From: Herpetosiphon geysericola
GTDB taxonomy: Bacteria > Chloroflexota > Chloroflexia > Chloroflexales > Herpetosiphonaceae
DNA length: 64,000 nucleotides
Assembly: GCF_001306135.1 (NCBI RefSeq)
Contig: NZ_LGKP01000040.1
Location: 24,726-88,725, forward strand
Reading direction: 5' to 3'
Below, piece by piece: positions 1 to 9,904 of this stretch. The translations under genes and the position numbers were made by a program. The number at the start of each line of letters is the position of its first letter. Positions within the stretch are counted from its first letter, which is position 1. The notes beneath the pieces were generated by a model, which saw nothing but the letters and a program-made list of their open reading frames with translations, was not told the origin of the DNA and made no database searches.

Positions 1-399
1 CATCGAGCATCATACGAGCTTGGTTGGCAATCTCTGGGCGAGCCATGGGTGGTTTGGGAGTTGGATCAATCACGTTGGCAGCGGCAGTGGTTTTGGGGTC
101 TAAGCCGAGGTCGACGATCATCGCCCGATCATCATCGGAGAGAATCGAGCGCCCAAGCTCCTGAATTTGGCGGCGCGGATCGAGATCGCGCAGCTGGCGG
201 GCCATCTTCTCGACTGATTCATAATCGTCGCCCAACTCGTTGCGCGCCTGATTGCGCAGATCGTTAATCAGCTTGCGGCCTTTGCTGATCCACTGGCCAA
301 TTTGAAACAGCATTTCAGGCAAGCGTTCAGGGCCGACGACCACGAGGGCAATCACCAAGATGATCACAAATTCAAACGGGCCAATCCCAAAAATTGTCA
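1..399 (-). CDS. tatA: Twin-arginine translocase TatA/TatB-family protein; the 3' end runs off the window start
   Basis: Reverse-strand translation from the ATG at about 399 gives MTIFGIGPFEFVIILVIALVVVGPERLPEM..., the typical TatA/B N-terminal TM helix and amphipathic hinge. The ORF is open to position 1. Confidence 0.7.
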
Positions 400-534
400 T
401 AAGCGTCTGACCACTAGCTAAAGGCTTTGGGGATACGCTTTACGCAAGTATTAACCTCAAGCCCAACAAAGAACAAATGGACAATGCCGCAAGGTTTAAG
501 CCTTGGGTGGCATTGTCCACTGTTCGCATACAAA

Positions 535-774
535 TTACTCTTGGATGTGTGCTTTGATAAATGCTTCGGCATCGCCGACGGTGCGCAATTTCTCAGCTTC
601 TTCGTCGGTAATTTCTACGCCGAATTCTTCTTCGAGCGACATGACCAACTCGACCAAATCGAGTGAGTCGGCGTTGAGGTCATCCAAGAAGGTTGCGCTT
701 GGGACAATTTTTTCTTCTTCGACGCCCAATTGTTCAGCAACCAATTTCTTCAAGCGTTCGTTTAAGTCTGCCAT
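535..774 (-). CDS. acpP: Acyl carrier protein
   Basis: [23 protein letters not shown] carries the phosphopantetheine-attachment DSL motif. About 79 aa from the internal Met. Sits in a fab gene neighbourhood. Confidence 0.9.
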   Translation of the reverse strand: MADLNERLKKLVAEQLGVEEEKIVPSATFLDDLNADSLDLVELVMSLEEEFGVEITDEEAEKLRTVGDAEAFIKAHIQE

Positions 775-825
775 TGGTAGAATCTCCGTATAGAAAATAA
801 GTCCGAGGCGCGCCACAATGCTGCG

Positions 826-1266
826 TTACTCCTCGGATTCAGGTTTATTGACCACGGTACTGAGCACGCCATTGACAAATCGGCCAGAATTATCACTGCC
901 GAAATGTTTGGCCAGCTCGACCGCTTCATTAATCACGGCTTTAACCGGAGCTTTATCCGCTGCCGCATCGTAAAGAATTTCAAACAAGGCGATGCGCAGC
1001 ACCGCAATATCCACGCCTGGCATTTGGTGGACGGGCCAAGATGGGGCAATTTTAGCAATTAAGTCATCAATCTCTTGACGATTGCTCCATGCGCCATTGA
1101 CAATACGGGCAAAAAAATCACGACCTTCTGCGCTGAACATTTCATCATCGCTGATGCGTGCAACAACCGAATCAAGGTCGTGGGTGGTTTGATCAAGTTC
1201 AAAGAGTGCCTGAAGTGCCGCAGCACGCACTCGGTGGCGAAGGCTACCCACGGTTCTGCTCGACAT
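826..1266 (-). CDS. nusB: Transcription antitermination factor NusB
   Basis: NusB-like helical sequence ([14 protein letters not shown]...ALFEILY). Conserved accC-asp23-nusB synteny as in Firmicutes. Confidence 0.8.
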   Translation of the reverse strand: MSSRTVGSLRHRVRAAALQALFELDQTTHDLDSVVARISDDEMFSAEGRDFFARIVNGAWSNRQEIDDLIAKIAPSWPVHQMPGVDIAVLRIALFEILYDAAADKAPVKAVINEAVELAKHFGSDNSGRFVNGVLSTVVNKPESEE

Positions 1267-1606
1267 CCTGAATATAGACGTTAACGCCACGGACGGGCAT
1301 CCCGACCATTTCGTTTAACGCTTCGGTTACCGCCGATTGAACACGAGCACCGAGATCAAGCAAGTTGATATCGGGTTGGGCGATCAGGTAGCAATCGGCA
1401 CTGACACTATCATCGACAACCCGAATTGCCACGCCATCAGCGTTGGCACTTCCGCTCCCTAGCATGCTGCCCATCCGTTGTTGGCCGGGCACGCTGCCCA
1501 AACGCGCAACGCCAGCAACATCTTGGGCCGTCAGCGAGACAATCGCTGAAAGCACATCGGGAGCAATTGTCACAGTTCCAAATGGTTGATTCACGGTTTT
1601 CTCCAC
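1244..1606 (-). CDS. Asp23/Gls24-family alkaline shock protein
   Basis: 120 aa. [23 protein letters not shown]...VEQ resembles the Asp23 family, in the same position as B. subtilis yqhY between accC and nusB. Confidence 0.7.
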   Translation of the reverse strand: MEKTVNQPFGTVTIAPDVLSAIVSLTAQDVAGVARLGSVPGQQRMGSMLGSGSANADGVAIRVVDDSVSADCYLIAQPDINLLDLGARVQSAVTEALNEMVGMPVRGVNVYIQDVEQNRG

Positions 1607-1613
1607 GACTGCC

Positions 1614-2981
1614 CTAGGCTGTCGCTTCTTTGGCAGTCTGTTGATTTAAAATATCAGCCAAGGTGTGCGTGGCAACGTCACCGCTCACAAAAGCTGGTTC
1701 GTTCATCATGCGCAGTTGAAATGGCAAGGTGGTTGTAATGCCACTAATCACACACTCGCTTAATGCCCGCCGCATCCGTTCAATGGCCTCAAGCCGCGTT
1801 TCGCCCCATACGATCACTTTGGCTAACATCGAATCGTAGTTGGTGGGGGTGCGATAGCCTGAATACAGATGTGAATCGACCCGCACGCCTGGGCCACCTG
1901 GCGGTAAATAGAGATCGACAGTCCCGCCAGCAGGCATAAAATCACGGTCAGCATCTTCGGCATTAATCCGACATTCAATCGCATGCCCGCGTATTTTAAT
2001 GTCATCCTGAGTGAGCGTCAAGCGTTCGCCAGCAGCAATCCGAATTTGCCACTTAACCAGATCAAGCCCAGTGAGCCATTCGGTCACGGGATGCTCGACC
2101 TGTAAGCGGGTATTCATTTCCATAAAATAGAAATTTCCCTGATGATCGAGCAAAAATTCCATGGTTCCAGCGTTGTAGTAACCAATTTCGCGCACGCCAT
2201 GCAACGCGGCTTCGCCCATTTTTTGGCGCAATTCTGGGGTCAGGGCTGGCGATGGGCCTTCTTCAACGACTTTTTGGTGGCGGCGTTGCAACGAGCAATC
2301 GCGCTCGCCCAGGTGAATTGCATTGCCATGCTGGTCGGCCAAAATCTGAATTTCAACGTGGCGCACAACAGGCAAGTATTTTTCCATATACAAATCGCCA
2401 CGACCAAAGGCGGCTTCGGCCTCAGCGCGGGCGGTATTAAAGGCACGGGCCAATTCGTCAGGCTGGTTGACCACACGCATGCCGCGCCCGCCACCGCCAG
2501 CGACAGCCTTCAAGAGCACTGGGTAGCCAATGCCATCGGCTAGGCTTTGGGCTTCTTCAACGCTGGTCAAAGGGTTTTCGGTGCCAGGCACAAGCGGCAG
2601 GCCAGCAAGTTTCATGGCTTGTTTGGCAAGGGCTTTATCGCCCATCCGCTGAATCGAATCTGCCGAAGGCCCAATGAAGGTCAGGCCACATTCGCGGCAG
2701 CTCTCGGCAAAATAGGGGTTTTCCGAAAGAAAGCCGTAGCCAGGGTGAATCGCATCGCAATCGCTAATCAGCGCGGCACTAATCAAGGCTGGCGCGTTCA
2801 GGTAGGATTTAGCGGGAGCTGGCGGACCGATACAAATTGCTTCATCGGCCATGCGCACTGCCAACGAATCACGATCGGCCTCGGAATAGGCGGCAACCGC
2901 TTTGATGCCTAGTTCATGGCAGGCGCGAATAATCCGCACGGCAATTTCGCCACGATTGGCAACCAGAATTTTGCGTAACAT
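1614..2981 (-). CDS. accC: Biotin carboxylase subunit of acetyl-CoA carboxylase
   Basis: 455 aa with MLRKILVANRGEIAVRIIRA, the ATP-grasp glycine loop and biotin carboxylase C-terminal motifs. Confidence 0.95.
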   Translation of the reverse strand: MLRKILVANRGEIAVRIIRACHELGIKAVAAYSEADRDSLAVRMADEAICIGPPAPAKSYLNAPALISAALISDCDAIHPGYGFLSENPYFAESCRECGLTFIGPSADSIQRMGDKALAKQAMKLAGLPLVPGTENPLTSVEEAQSLADGIGYPVLLKAVAGGGGRGMRVVNQPDELARAFNTARAEAEAAFGRGDLYMEKYLPVVRHVEIQILADQHGNAIHLGERDCSLQRRHQKVVEEGPSPALTPELRQKMGEAALHGVREIGYYNAGTMEFLLDHQGNFYFMEMNTRLQVEHPVTEWLTGLDLVKWQIRIAAGERLTLTQDDIKIRGHAIECRINAEDADRDFMPAGGTVDLYLPPGGPGVRVDSHLYSGYRTPTNYDSMLAKVIVWGETRLEAIERMRRALSECVISGITTTLPFQLRMMNEPAFVSGDVATHTLADILNQQTAKEATA

Positions 2982-3029
2982 GGTGGTTCCTCAGCTAAAG
3001 CGTTCAAGCAAGCGACCCAACGCTGCTCT

Positions 3030-3785
3030 CTAATACATGGTCATGCCGCCATCGACGGCCAAGGTTTGGCCAGTGATATAGCCAGCAGCATCGGAAGCCA
3101 AGAAAACTACCGCGTTGGCGATTTCGGCAGGTTGGCCCATGCGCGCCAAGGGAATCCGATCCAAGGCTTTGGAGATCAAATCTTCGGACATGGCGTTGCG
3201 GGTCATATCGGTTTCAATAAAGCCTGGGCAAATTGCGTTGGCAGTGATCCCGCGCGACGCCATTTCTTGGGCCACCGATTTGCTAAAGCCAATCAGGCCT
3301 GCTTTGGCGGCAGCATAATTAGCTTGGCCAGCATTGCCCGTCAGGCCAATCACTGAGCTAATCGTAATCACGCGACCCCATTTATTTTTCATCATCGGGC
3401 GTAGCACAGCCTTGGTAAGCAACATTACGCCACGCAAGTTGGTTTGCAACACATCATCGACTTCGCTCTCTTTCATGCGCAACAATAGGTTATCACGGGT
3501 AATGCCAGCATTGTTGACCAGAATATCGACCCGCCCAAAGGCTTCGGTCGTCGCTTTAAGCAAGGTTTCGTGGCTGGCAGGGTCGGCGACATCTGCTTGA
3601 ACAGCCAGCGCTTTGCCACCCTTGGCCGTAATTGCCGCAACAACCTCAGCCGCTGCTGCCTCGCTGCCACGATAATTAACCACCACAGCTGCGCCACTCG
3701 CAGCCAAGGCCTCGGCAATCGAACGTCCGATGCCGCGTGAAGCTCCAGTCACAATTGCGACACGACCGGTTAAATCTAGTTGCAT
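3030..3785 (-). CDS. fabG: 3-oxoacyl-ACP reductase FabG, canonical
   Basis: TGASRGIG Rossmann loop, NNAG, catalytic Ser (ITISSV), NYAAAKAG (Y-x3-K). Start chosen at the internal Met preceded by a GAAGGAG RBS. Confidence 0.9.
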   Translation of the reverse strand: MQLDLTGRVAIVTGASRGIGRSIAEALAASGAAVVVNYRGSEAAAAEVVAAITAKGGKALAVQADVADPASHETLLKATTEAFGRVDILVNNAGITRDNLLLRMKESEVDDVLQTNLRGVMLLTKAVLRPMMKNKWGRVITISSVIGLTGNAGQANYAAAKAGLIGFSKSVAQEMASRGITANAICPGFIETDMTRNAMSEDLISKALDRIPLARMGQPAEIANAVVFLASDAAGYITGQTLAVDGGMTMY

Positions 3786-3801
3786 GCTTGCTCCTTCAAC
3801 A

Positions 3802-4545
3802 CTAAACCATGCGCCAACCGCCATCGACTGGCAGCACTTGGCCGGTGATATAGCCCGCCTCTGGATTGGCCAACATAAAAATCGCTGGCGTAATCTCGGC
3901 AGGCGCGCCCAACCGTTTGAGCGGCACAATATTGGTGGCCCATGGGATATAACTTGGGTCAAAACTCGACATATGGGGCCGCGAAATTAGGCCCGGGGCA
4001 ACGCTATTGACCGTAATGCCCCACGGCGCTACCTCGCGGGCCAGCGATTTCGAAAAGCCAATAATTCCGCCAAGCGCAGCAGCATAATTGGCTTGGGTCA
4101 GGCCGCCAGCCAAAGGCTGATAGCCAGTAATTGTAATAATCCGCCCATAGCGGGCTTTTTGCATTGGCCGCAACACCGCGCGGGTAATGCGGGTTACGCC
4201 ACGCAGCATCGTCTCAAGCACATCGTTCCATTGCTCCAGCGTCATCTCCGCAACTGGCGCGTTGTTGACTGCTGAATGGGCGGTGATCAGCATATCGAGC
4301 CGCTCCCAGCGCCGCACCGCCACCTCAACAAGGCTGTTCATGGCTTCAGCATCGCGCACATCGGCCTTGATCGCAATTAGGCGTTGTTCATCGGCAATCG
4401 TAGCGCACATTTCTTCGGCCAGCTCATCGCGTTGACGATAGCAAAAAACCACGCGGGCACCACGTTGAATGAGGCCTGAAACAACTTCGCGCCCAATCGC
4501 GCCAGTGCCACCTGTGACAATCGCCACTTGATCGTTGATACTCAT
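3802..4545 (-). CDS. SDR-family FabG paralog with degenerate catalytic residues; possible pseudo-reductase subunit
   Basis: TGGTGAIG Rossmann loop present. Catalytic Ser is replaced (ITITGY). Y-x3-K is replaced by Y-x3-L (NYAAALGG). NNAG becomes NNAP. Confidence 0.75.
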   Translation of the reverse strand: MSINDQVAIVTGGTGAIGREVVSGLIQRGARVVFCYRQRDELAEEMCATIADEQRLIAIKADVRDAEAMNSLVEVAVRRWERLDMLITAHSAVNNAPVAEMTLEQWNDVLETMLRGVTRITRAVLRPMQKARYGRIITITGYQPLAGGLTQANYAAALGGIIGFSKSLAREVAPWGITVNSVAPGLISRPHMSSFDPSYIPWATNIVPLKRLGAPAEITPAIFMLANPEAGYITGQVLPVDGGWRMV

Positions 4546-4554
4546 TCTGCACCC

Positions 4555-5328
4555 CTATGGCATGACCCAGCCGCCGTCAATCGTCAGCACATGGCCAATA
4601 ATATACGATGCAGCAGGCGAGGCCAGAAAGGCAACGGCTGGCGCAACTTCTTCAACTTTGCCAAAGCGTTTGAGCGGAATCACATCAAGCGCCCAGGTTC
4701 GCAACCACTGCGGAATATGGTCGATAAAGTCAGTGTCAATATAGCCAGGCGCGACCACGTTGACCACAATCCCATCGGCGGTTACTTCGCGGGCCACAGC
4801 CTTGGAAAAGCCAACCAAGCCCATCTTGGCCGCAGCATAGTTGGTTTGGCCAACATTGCCCGCCAAGCCCGCCAACGAGGCAATGCTAACGATTCGGCCA
4901 TAGCTGTTGGCCCGCATCGCTGGCAACACCGCTTGGGTGCATAAAAACGCCGAGGTCAGATCAGCTTTGATCACATCGTCCCATTCCTCGTCTTTCAAAC
5001 GCTGAAACAGGTTGTCACGGGTAATGCCCGCATTGTTGATCAAAATGTGAATCGCGCCCCATTCAGTTAAGGTTTGGGTCACCATGGTTTCAACTGCCTG
5101 CTGATCGGTTACATCTGCTTGAATCGCCATGGCCGTGCCACCAGCAGCCTGAATTTCACCAACCACGGTTTCAGCTTTGGCGGCACTTGATTGATAATTG
5201 ACAACGACTTTAACGCCCCAACTGGCTAGCTCCAAAGCAATCGCTCGGCCAATGCCGCGCGATGCTCCGGTAACAATCGCCACATGGTCTTTCATTCCCC
5301 GCATAGCAAATGCCTCACCCATGTACAT
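4555..5328 (-). CDS. fabG: 3-oxoacyl-ACP reductase FabG, second canonical copy
   Basis: TGASRGIG, NNAG, IVSIASLAG, NYAAAKMG. The start overlaps the fabD stop as TAATG. An alternative start lies at the Met at 5295. Confidence 0.85.
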   Translation of the reverse strand: MYMGEAFAMRGMKDHVAIVTGASRGIGRAIALELASWGVKVVVNYQSSAAKAETVVGEIQAAGGTAMAIQADVTDQQAVETMVTQTLTEWGAIHILINNAGITRDNLFQRLKDEEWDDVIKADLTSAFLCTQAVLPAMRANSYGRIVSIASLAGLAGNVGQTNYAAAKMGLVGFSKAVAREVTADGIVVNVVAPGYIDTDFIDHIPQWLRTWALDVIPLKRFGKVEEVAPAVAFLASPAASYIIGHVLTIDGGWVMP

Positions 5329-6260
5329 TACTGGGCGTTATTGTACTCGCCAATCTTCGCTATGTCATCAAAGCTGGCAAGATTCAGGCGTTGCAAGCTG
5401 GGATCGATGCGCTTAACCAAGCCAGTCAGCACGCTGCCAGCGCCAATTTCAATCACAGTTTGCACACCTAAGGCTGCCATTTGTTCGATCGTGGCAATCC
5501 AGCGCACTGGAGCCGTAATTTGGGTCACTAACTCGGCCCGAATCTCGGCGGCGCTACTGATTGCTTGGGCGGTGCTATTGGCAATCACTGGCACTTGGGC
5601 AGCAGCAATCGTCGCTGTGGCAATTGCGGGAGCCAAACCAGCAGCGGTTGCTTCCATCAAGGGCGAGTGAAAAGCGGCGCTGACATTCAAGGGCATGATT
5701 TTTTTGGCCCCAGCAGCTTTGGCTTGTTCGCTGGCTGCCGCAACCGCTGCACTTGTGCCGCTAATCACCAATTGGCCAGGGGCGTTTTGGTTGGCGACGA
5801 CACACGCACCAAGCTCGCTCACATTGGTGCAAACGGCTTCGAGCGGCGCAAGATCCAGCCCAATGATGGCGGCCATTGCGCCTTCGCTGGCTTGAGCCAT
5901 CAATTCGCCACGTTGGCGCACCAAACGCAGCGCAGTAGCAAAATCAAGGGCTTTGGCAGCAACTAAGGCGCTATATTCGCCCAACGAATGGCCCGCAACC
6001 ACGCTTGGCTTCAGTACTATACCTGCCTCTGCAAGCGCCGCCAACAAGGCCACGCTCACGGTCAACAAGGCTGGTTGGGTGTTTTCAGTTGCGGTTAAAT
6101 CAGCTTCTGGCCCATCAAAGCACAACGCCGCCAAATCAAAGCCCAGCACTGCGTTGGCTTCGGCAAAAATTGCCCGAGCCGCCGCCGATTGTTCGTAAAC
6201 CTCACGGCCCATGCCCACTTTCTGCGAGCCTTGGCCAGGAAAAAGCAATCCGATTGTCAT
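5328..6260 (-). CDS. fabD: Malonyl-CoA:ACP transacylase
   Basis: LLFPGQGSQ...GHSLGEYSAL carries the GHSLG active-site serine motif. Confidence 0.95.
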   Translation of the reverse strand: MTIGLLFPGQGSQKVGMGREVYEQSAAARAIFAEANAVLGFDLAALCFDGPEADLTATENTQPALLTVSVALLAALAEAGIVLKPSVVAGHSLGEYSALVAAKALDFATALRLVRQRGELMAQASEGAMAAIIGLDLAPLEAVCTNVSELGACVVANQNAPGQLVISGTSAAVAAASEQAKAAGAKKIMPLNVSAAFHSPLMEATAAGLAPAIATATIAAAQVPVIANSTAQAISSAAEIRAELVTQITAPVRWIATIEQMAALGVQTVIEIGAGSVLTGLVKRIDPSLQRLNLASFDDIAKIGEYNNAQ

Positions 6261-6261
6261 T

Positions 6262-6350
6262 GGGTATCTTTCTATCTATGCTGGGGATCGGGAATTGGGG
6301 GTTGGGGATCGGTTTTAAAACCGCGAAGCATGTTCCGATCCCCAGCACCC
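6262..6350. repeat. G-rich palindromic intergenic repeat (GGGGATCGG family) followed by CTATGTTCT short tandem units
   Basis: GGGGATCGG...CCGATCCCC inverted repeat plus ctatgttct-like units. Related copies occur at about 43.8, 46.65 and 47.55 kb. Confidence 0.6.
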
Positions 6351-6397
6351 AACGACCGATCCTCAACCTCTATGTTCTGTGCTCTATGCTCTATGTT

Positions 6398-7384
6398 CTA
6401 CTTGCCGCCCCACACCAACACGCCCGAAGCCCAGGTTAGGCCGCCGCCAAATGCGGTCAGCAAAATCGTGTCGCCTGGCTGCATTCGGCCAGCATCGGCG
6501 GCTTCGGCGATCGCTACGGGCAAGGTGGCAGCTGAGGTATTGCCATATTCTTGAATATTGACAAACACCTGCTCCATTGGCACGTTGAGCCGCTTGGCGA
6601 CGGCTTCGATAATGCGTAAATTCGCTTGATGCGGCACGACCAATTGCACATCGGCAGGCGTTTTGCCAACTTGCTGCAACACATGGACTGAACTTTCGAC
6701 CATGGCGCGCACAGCATACTTGAACACTTCAGCGCCATTCATCTGAATATATTGTTCAGACTGATCAAGCCGCTCGTGAGTTGCAGGGTAGAGCGTTGCG
6801 CCAGCTTTGATCCACAATAATTCGGCGGTATCGGGGATTGCCCCCAACTTATAAGCTTGCAGCCCGCGTTCTTGCTCGGTTGCTTCGAGAATAACCGCGC
6901 CAGCAGCATCGCCGAAAATCACGCAGGTATTGCGATCCTGCCAATTTAAGAATGGCGAGATGGTTTCTGCTCCGCAGAGTAATACTTTACGCACACCACC
7001 ACCGCGAATCATGGCGGTGACTGCGCTGAGCGCATATAAAAAGCCACAGCAAGCGGCGTTCATATCCATCACGCCAGCGTTGATTGCGCCCAATTTGGTT
7101 TGGACCAAAGCGGCGGTTGAGGGCAAGAGCAAATCGGGCGAGGTGGTAGCAACCACAATCAAATCAAGCTCTTCCGGCTGCACGCCAGCTTTAGCGAGCG
7201 CAATCCGCGCGGCGCGGCTGGCCATATCCGAGGTTGCTTGGCCTTCGGCCACAATATGGCGGCGCTGAATCCCAGTGCGCGATTGAATCCATTCGGCATT
7301 GGTATCGACAATTTGTTCAAGCTCTTCGTTGGTAAGCACCCGTTCGGGAGCATAGCGCCCCCAGCCAGTAATTGCTGCATTCAT
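6398..7384 (-). CDS. fabH: 3-oxoacyl-ACP synthase III
   Basis: AITGWGRYAP, active-site C in NAACCGFLYAL, HQANLRI and GNTSAA motifs. Start taken at MNAAITG; the ORF-track start is an upstream GTG. Confidence 0.9.
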   Translation of the reverse strand: MNAAITGWGRYAPERVLTNEELEQIVDTNAEWIQSRTGIQRRHIVAEGQATSDMASRAARIALAKAGVQPEELDLIVVATTSPDLLLPSTAALVQTKLGAINAGVMDMNAACCGFLYALSAVTAMIRGGGVRKVLLCGAETISPFLNWQDRNTCVIFGDAAGAVILEATEQERGLQAYKLGAIPDTAELLWIKAGATLYPATHERLDQSEQYIQMNGAEVFKYAVRAMVESSVHVLQQVGKTPADVQLVVPHQANLRIIEAVAKRLNVPMEQVFVNIQEYGNTSAATLPVAIAEAADAGRMQPGDTILLTAFGGGLTWASGVLVWGGK

Positions 7385-7503
7385 TGCAAAACACTCCCCT
7401 GATGAAGCCGTTTCATGCTGCACTGCACAATAAACCGCCTAAAATGCGAAAGGGACGAGAACCATGTTCTCGACCCTTTCGCTGCTTTGCTGCCAAACAT
7501 GGC

Positions 7504-7695
7504 TTATGCTTCAGCATTGTCCTTCTTGAGGTATTGGCGACCCTTGTAGGTACCGCAATTCAAGCAAACGCGGTGTGGACGGCGATAGCCGCCACAGTTT
7601 GGACAAGCCGACAATGAAGGTGCGGTCAAAGCAAGGTGTTGGCGGCGGTGCCCGCGTTGTTCGCGGGTAATTTTACGTCGTGGCAATGCGCCCAT
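7504..7695 (-). CDS. rpmF: 50S ribosomal protein L32
   Basis: 63 aa, CPNCG...CLNCG zinc-ribbon. Lies downstream of yceD as in many bacteria. Confidence 0.9.
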   Translation of the reverse strand: MGALPRRKITREQRGHRRQHLALTAPSLSACPNCGGYRRPHRVCLNCGTYKGRQYLKKDNAEA

Positions 7696-7701
7696 GAGAA
7701 A

Positions 7702-8238
7702 CTAGGCTCCTTTCAGCAATTGTTTGAGCGCGGCTAAACGCTCATCGATCACTTGATCGTCCAGATCGTCGGCTGCTGGGTTATCGTTGCGGTTTTGGCC
7801 GTCGAACGACAATCCACGACAATCTGGGCGACAAATCGGCGCGATTGGTAAGTTGATGAGCGTGTATTCACGGGCAGCATCGCCAAGATCAAGCAAATGG
7901 TTGCCGTTAATTTTGAACACATCAGGCTCTTCTGGTTCTGGCAACGGTGCGCCCGTCGTTGCATGAACCGTCGCAAAATATTCTTCAGCGAAATCGAACT
8001 CAACAGGTTGGCTGAAATCGCTTAAGCATCGCACACATTCTACGGTGACGTTGCCGCTCATCGCGGCATCAACTAAGACCCCATTTTTGGTGCGGGTCAT
8101 TTTAACATCGCCTTCGGTAATCCTCAGGCTCGTACCATCACCCAAATCAAGTTGTTCGTTTTCATATGTATACTGGCGGGTCGCCCCAACGTATTCTTGC
8201 AACAGTTGGGATACATTGAATTGGAGTTCGGATGACAT
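7702..8238 (-). CDS. yceD: YceD/DUF177-family protein (large-subunit ribosomal RNA accumulation protein)
   Basis: 178 aa, acidic, with a Cys cluster (CVRC...C...C). Immediately upstream of rpmF. Confidence 0.75.
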   Translation of the reverse strand: MSSELQFNVSQLLQEYVGATRQYTYENEQLDLGDGTSLRITEGDVKMTRTKNGVLVDAAMSGNVTVECVRCLSDFSQPVEFDFAEEYFATVHATTGAPLPEPEEPDVFKINGNHLLDLGDAAREYTLINLPIAPICRPDCRGLSFDGQNRNDNPAADDLDDQVIDERLAALKQLLKGA

Positions 8239-8305
8239 ACAGTGACCTCCTGCTGGAATTCAACCCGCAAGCGACGTGACATTATAGGCGCGAGAGCGCG
8301 CTCTG

Positions 8306-8818
8306 TCAAACTACGCCCAGTTCATCGAGGCCATTTTGAATAATTGTCAGCGATTTGCCGATATGTTCTTCAAGGTTGAGCAACACTTGACGCGCATATT
8401 CATCGGCATCAGAGCGCACTTTGGCTGCTTCTGATTCTGCTTCGGCAATCATTCTGGTGCGTTCGCGCTGGGCAATTTCAAGCATGCCCTGTTCCGAAAG
8501 CGTTAACGCAATTTTCTTTTTTGTTGCCTCGATCAGTTGGTCGCGTTCGCGCACAATCTGGCGTGCTTGGCGTAATTCATTGGGAACCGCAACCCGCATC
8601 CGGTCGATAATGTCGAAGACTTGCTTCTCGTCGATCATTAATCGGCTGGTTAAGGGCACACGGCCACCACTCGCTAAAACCTCTTCCAACTCGTTAATCA
8701 GGCGCTCAAACTCGGCCTCAGCATATTCTGGGGGGCGCTGGTGTTGCCCGACTGGCTCCACGCTGGTTGCTTCCTGATGTTCACTGGGCTGTTCTCCCCA
8801 TTGGGCTTGTTCGCTCAT
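8306..8818 (-). CDS. Hypothetical coiled-coil protein
   Basis: 170 aa, charged and helical (EAEFERLINELEE...). No confident family assignment. Confidence 0.4.
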   Translation of the reverse strand: MSEQAQWGEQPSEHQEATSVEPVGQHQRPPEYAEAEFERLINELEEVLASGGRVPLTSRLMIDEKQVFDIIDRMRVAVPNELRQARQIVRERDQLIEATKKKIALTLSEQGMLEIAQRERTRMIAEAESEAAKVRSDADEYARQVLLNLEEHIGKSLTIIQNGLDELGVV

Positions 8819-9312
8819 GTGCGTGACTCCTCATGCTTTTGATAGGCTTGCTTGAGCGCAAGGGCAATATGGGCGGGCACAAACGAGCTAACGTCGCCGC
8901 CATAGGCCGCAATTTCGCGCACCGCGCTTGAGCTAAGCAACGTAAAGCGTTGATCAGCCATCAAACAGACCGTATCAAGCGTGGGAGCCAAGTGATGATT
9001 GATATGCGCCATTTGAAATTCGTGCTCAAAGTCGGTCGAGGCCCGCAAGCCGCGTACCAAGACCGTCGCATTAATCCCAAGCGCATACTCCACAACTAAA
9101 CTCGAAAAAGCATCCACCCGCACATTTGGCAGGTGCGCTACCGATTCGCGAATCATGGCAATCCGTTGCTCGGTGGTAAAGAGCAACTTTTTGTACGGAC
9201 GATCAGCTACCGCTAAGACCAACTCATCAAACAACCGTGATGCGCGCTCGGTAACATCAAGATGTCCGTTGGTAATCGGGTCGAAGCTTGCAGGGTAGAC
9301 AGCAATAGTCAC
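8815..9312 (-). CDS. coaD: Phosphopantetheine adenylyltransferase
   Basis: IAVYPASFDPITNGHLDV carries the (T/H)xGH nucleotidyltransferase motif. 165 aa. Confidence 0.95.
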   Translation of the reverse strand: MTIAVYPASFDPITNGHLDVTERASRLFDELVLAVADRPYKKLLFTTEQRIAMIRESVAHLPNVRVDAFSSLVVEYALGINATVLVRGLRASTDFEHEFQMAHINHHLAPTLDTVCLMADQRFTLLSSSAVREIAAYGGDVSSFVPAHIALALKQAYQKHEESRT

Positions 9313-9318
9313 AGGTGA

Positions 9319-9894
9319 TTACTCCGATTGCGGCGGTAACGCTGGGCTCAATTCATACATTGAGAAACAGGAATCGCCGATACGCCGATGCTTGAGTAAA
9401 CTCAGTGGCCCAAGTTGGGGCGGCATCACCAGCTTTGGCCAATGGCCTAAAACTAATACGCCATTTGGATCTAAAATGCCGCGTTCAGCAACCCGCACCA
9501 CAAGGTCGGGAATGCCTTCCATAGCATATGGCGGATCGAGCAGGATTATAGCATATTTTGTTTTTTCGTCGATGATTTGCAGAAATTTATCGACGGAAAT
9601 ATTCCAAACTTTGGCTCGCTCAGCCAGTTTGGTCGTTTTGAGGTTGTCTTTGGTAACCGCCGCCACATGGCTGCGCGCCTCGACAAAATCGGCCCATTCA
9701 GCCCCACGCGATAAACACTCGATGCCCAACGATCCGGTGCCAGCAAATAAATCTAAGGCACGGCCTTCAAAGGCATCAAAGCCCTCTAAAATAGCAAATA
9801 ACGATTCTTTGACCCGATCAAGCATCGGGCGAGTGCCAATATCCGGCGGGCCTTTTAATTGTCGCCCCTTGGCACTGCCAGTAATCACCCGCAT
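9319..9894 (-). CDS. rsmD: 16S rRNA (guanine966-N2)-methyltransferase RsmD
   Basis: DLFAGTGSLGIE SAM motif and DPPY motif. Conserved rsmD-coaD pairing. Confidence 0.9.
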   Translation of the reverse strand: MRVITGSAKGRQLKGPPDIGTRPMLDRVKESLFAILEGFDAFEGRALDLFAGTGSLGIECLSRGAEWADFVEARSHVAAVTKDNLKTTKLAERAKVWNISVDKFLQIIDEKTKYAIILLDPPYAMEGIPDLVVRVAERGILDPNGVLVLGHWPKLVMPPQLGPLSLLKHRRIGDSCFSMYELSPALPPQSE

Positions 9895-9904
9895 TGGTAG
9901 TAAC

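Noticed and set aside
49-267. 72-aa plus-strand ORF at the window start
   Set aside because: The opposite strand encodes a clear TatA/B-family protein across the same bases. The plus ORF is an Arg/Gly-rich shadow frame.
2142-2912. Plus-strand ORFs of 121-133 aa antisense to accC
   Set aside because: Antisense shadow ORFs inside a well-supported biotin carboxylase gene.
6005-6561. ORFs of 121-144 aa spanning the fabD/fabH spacer on the plus strand
   Set aside because: They run through the G-rich palindromic repeat and antisense to fabH, and are not coding-like.
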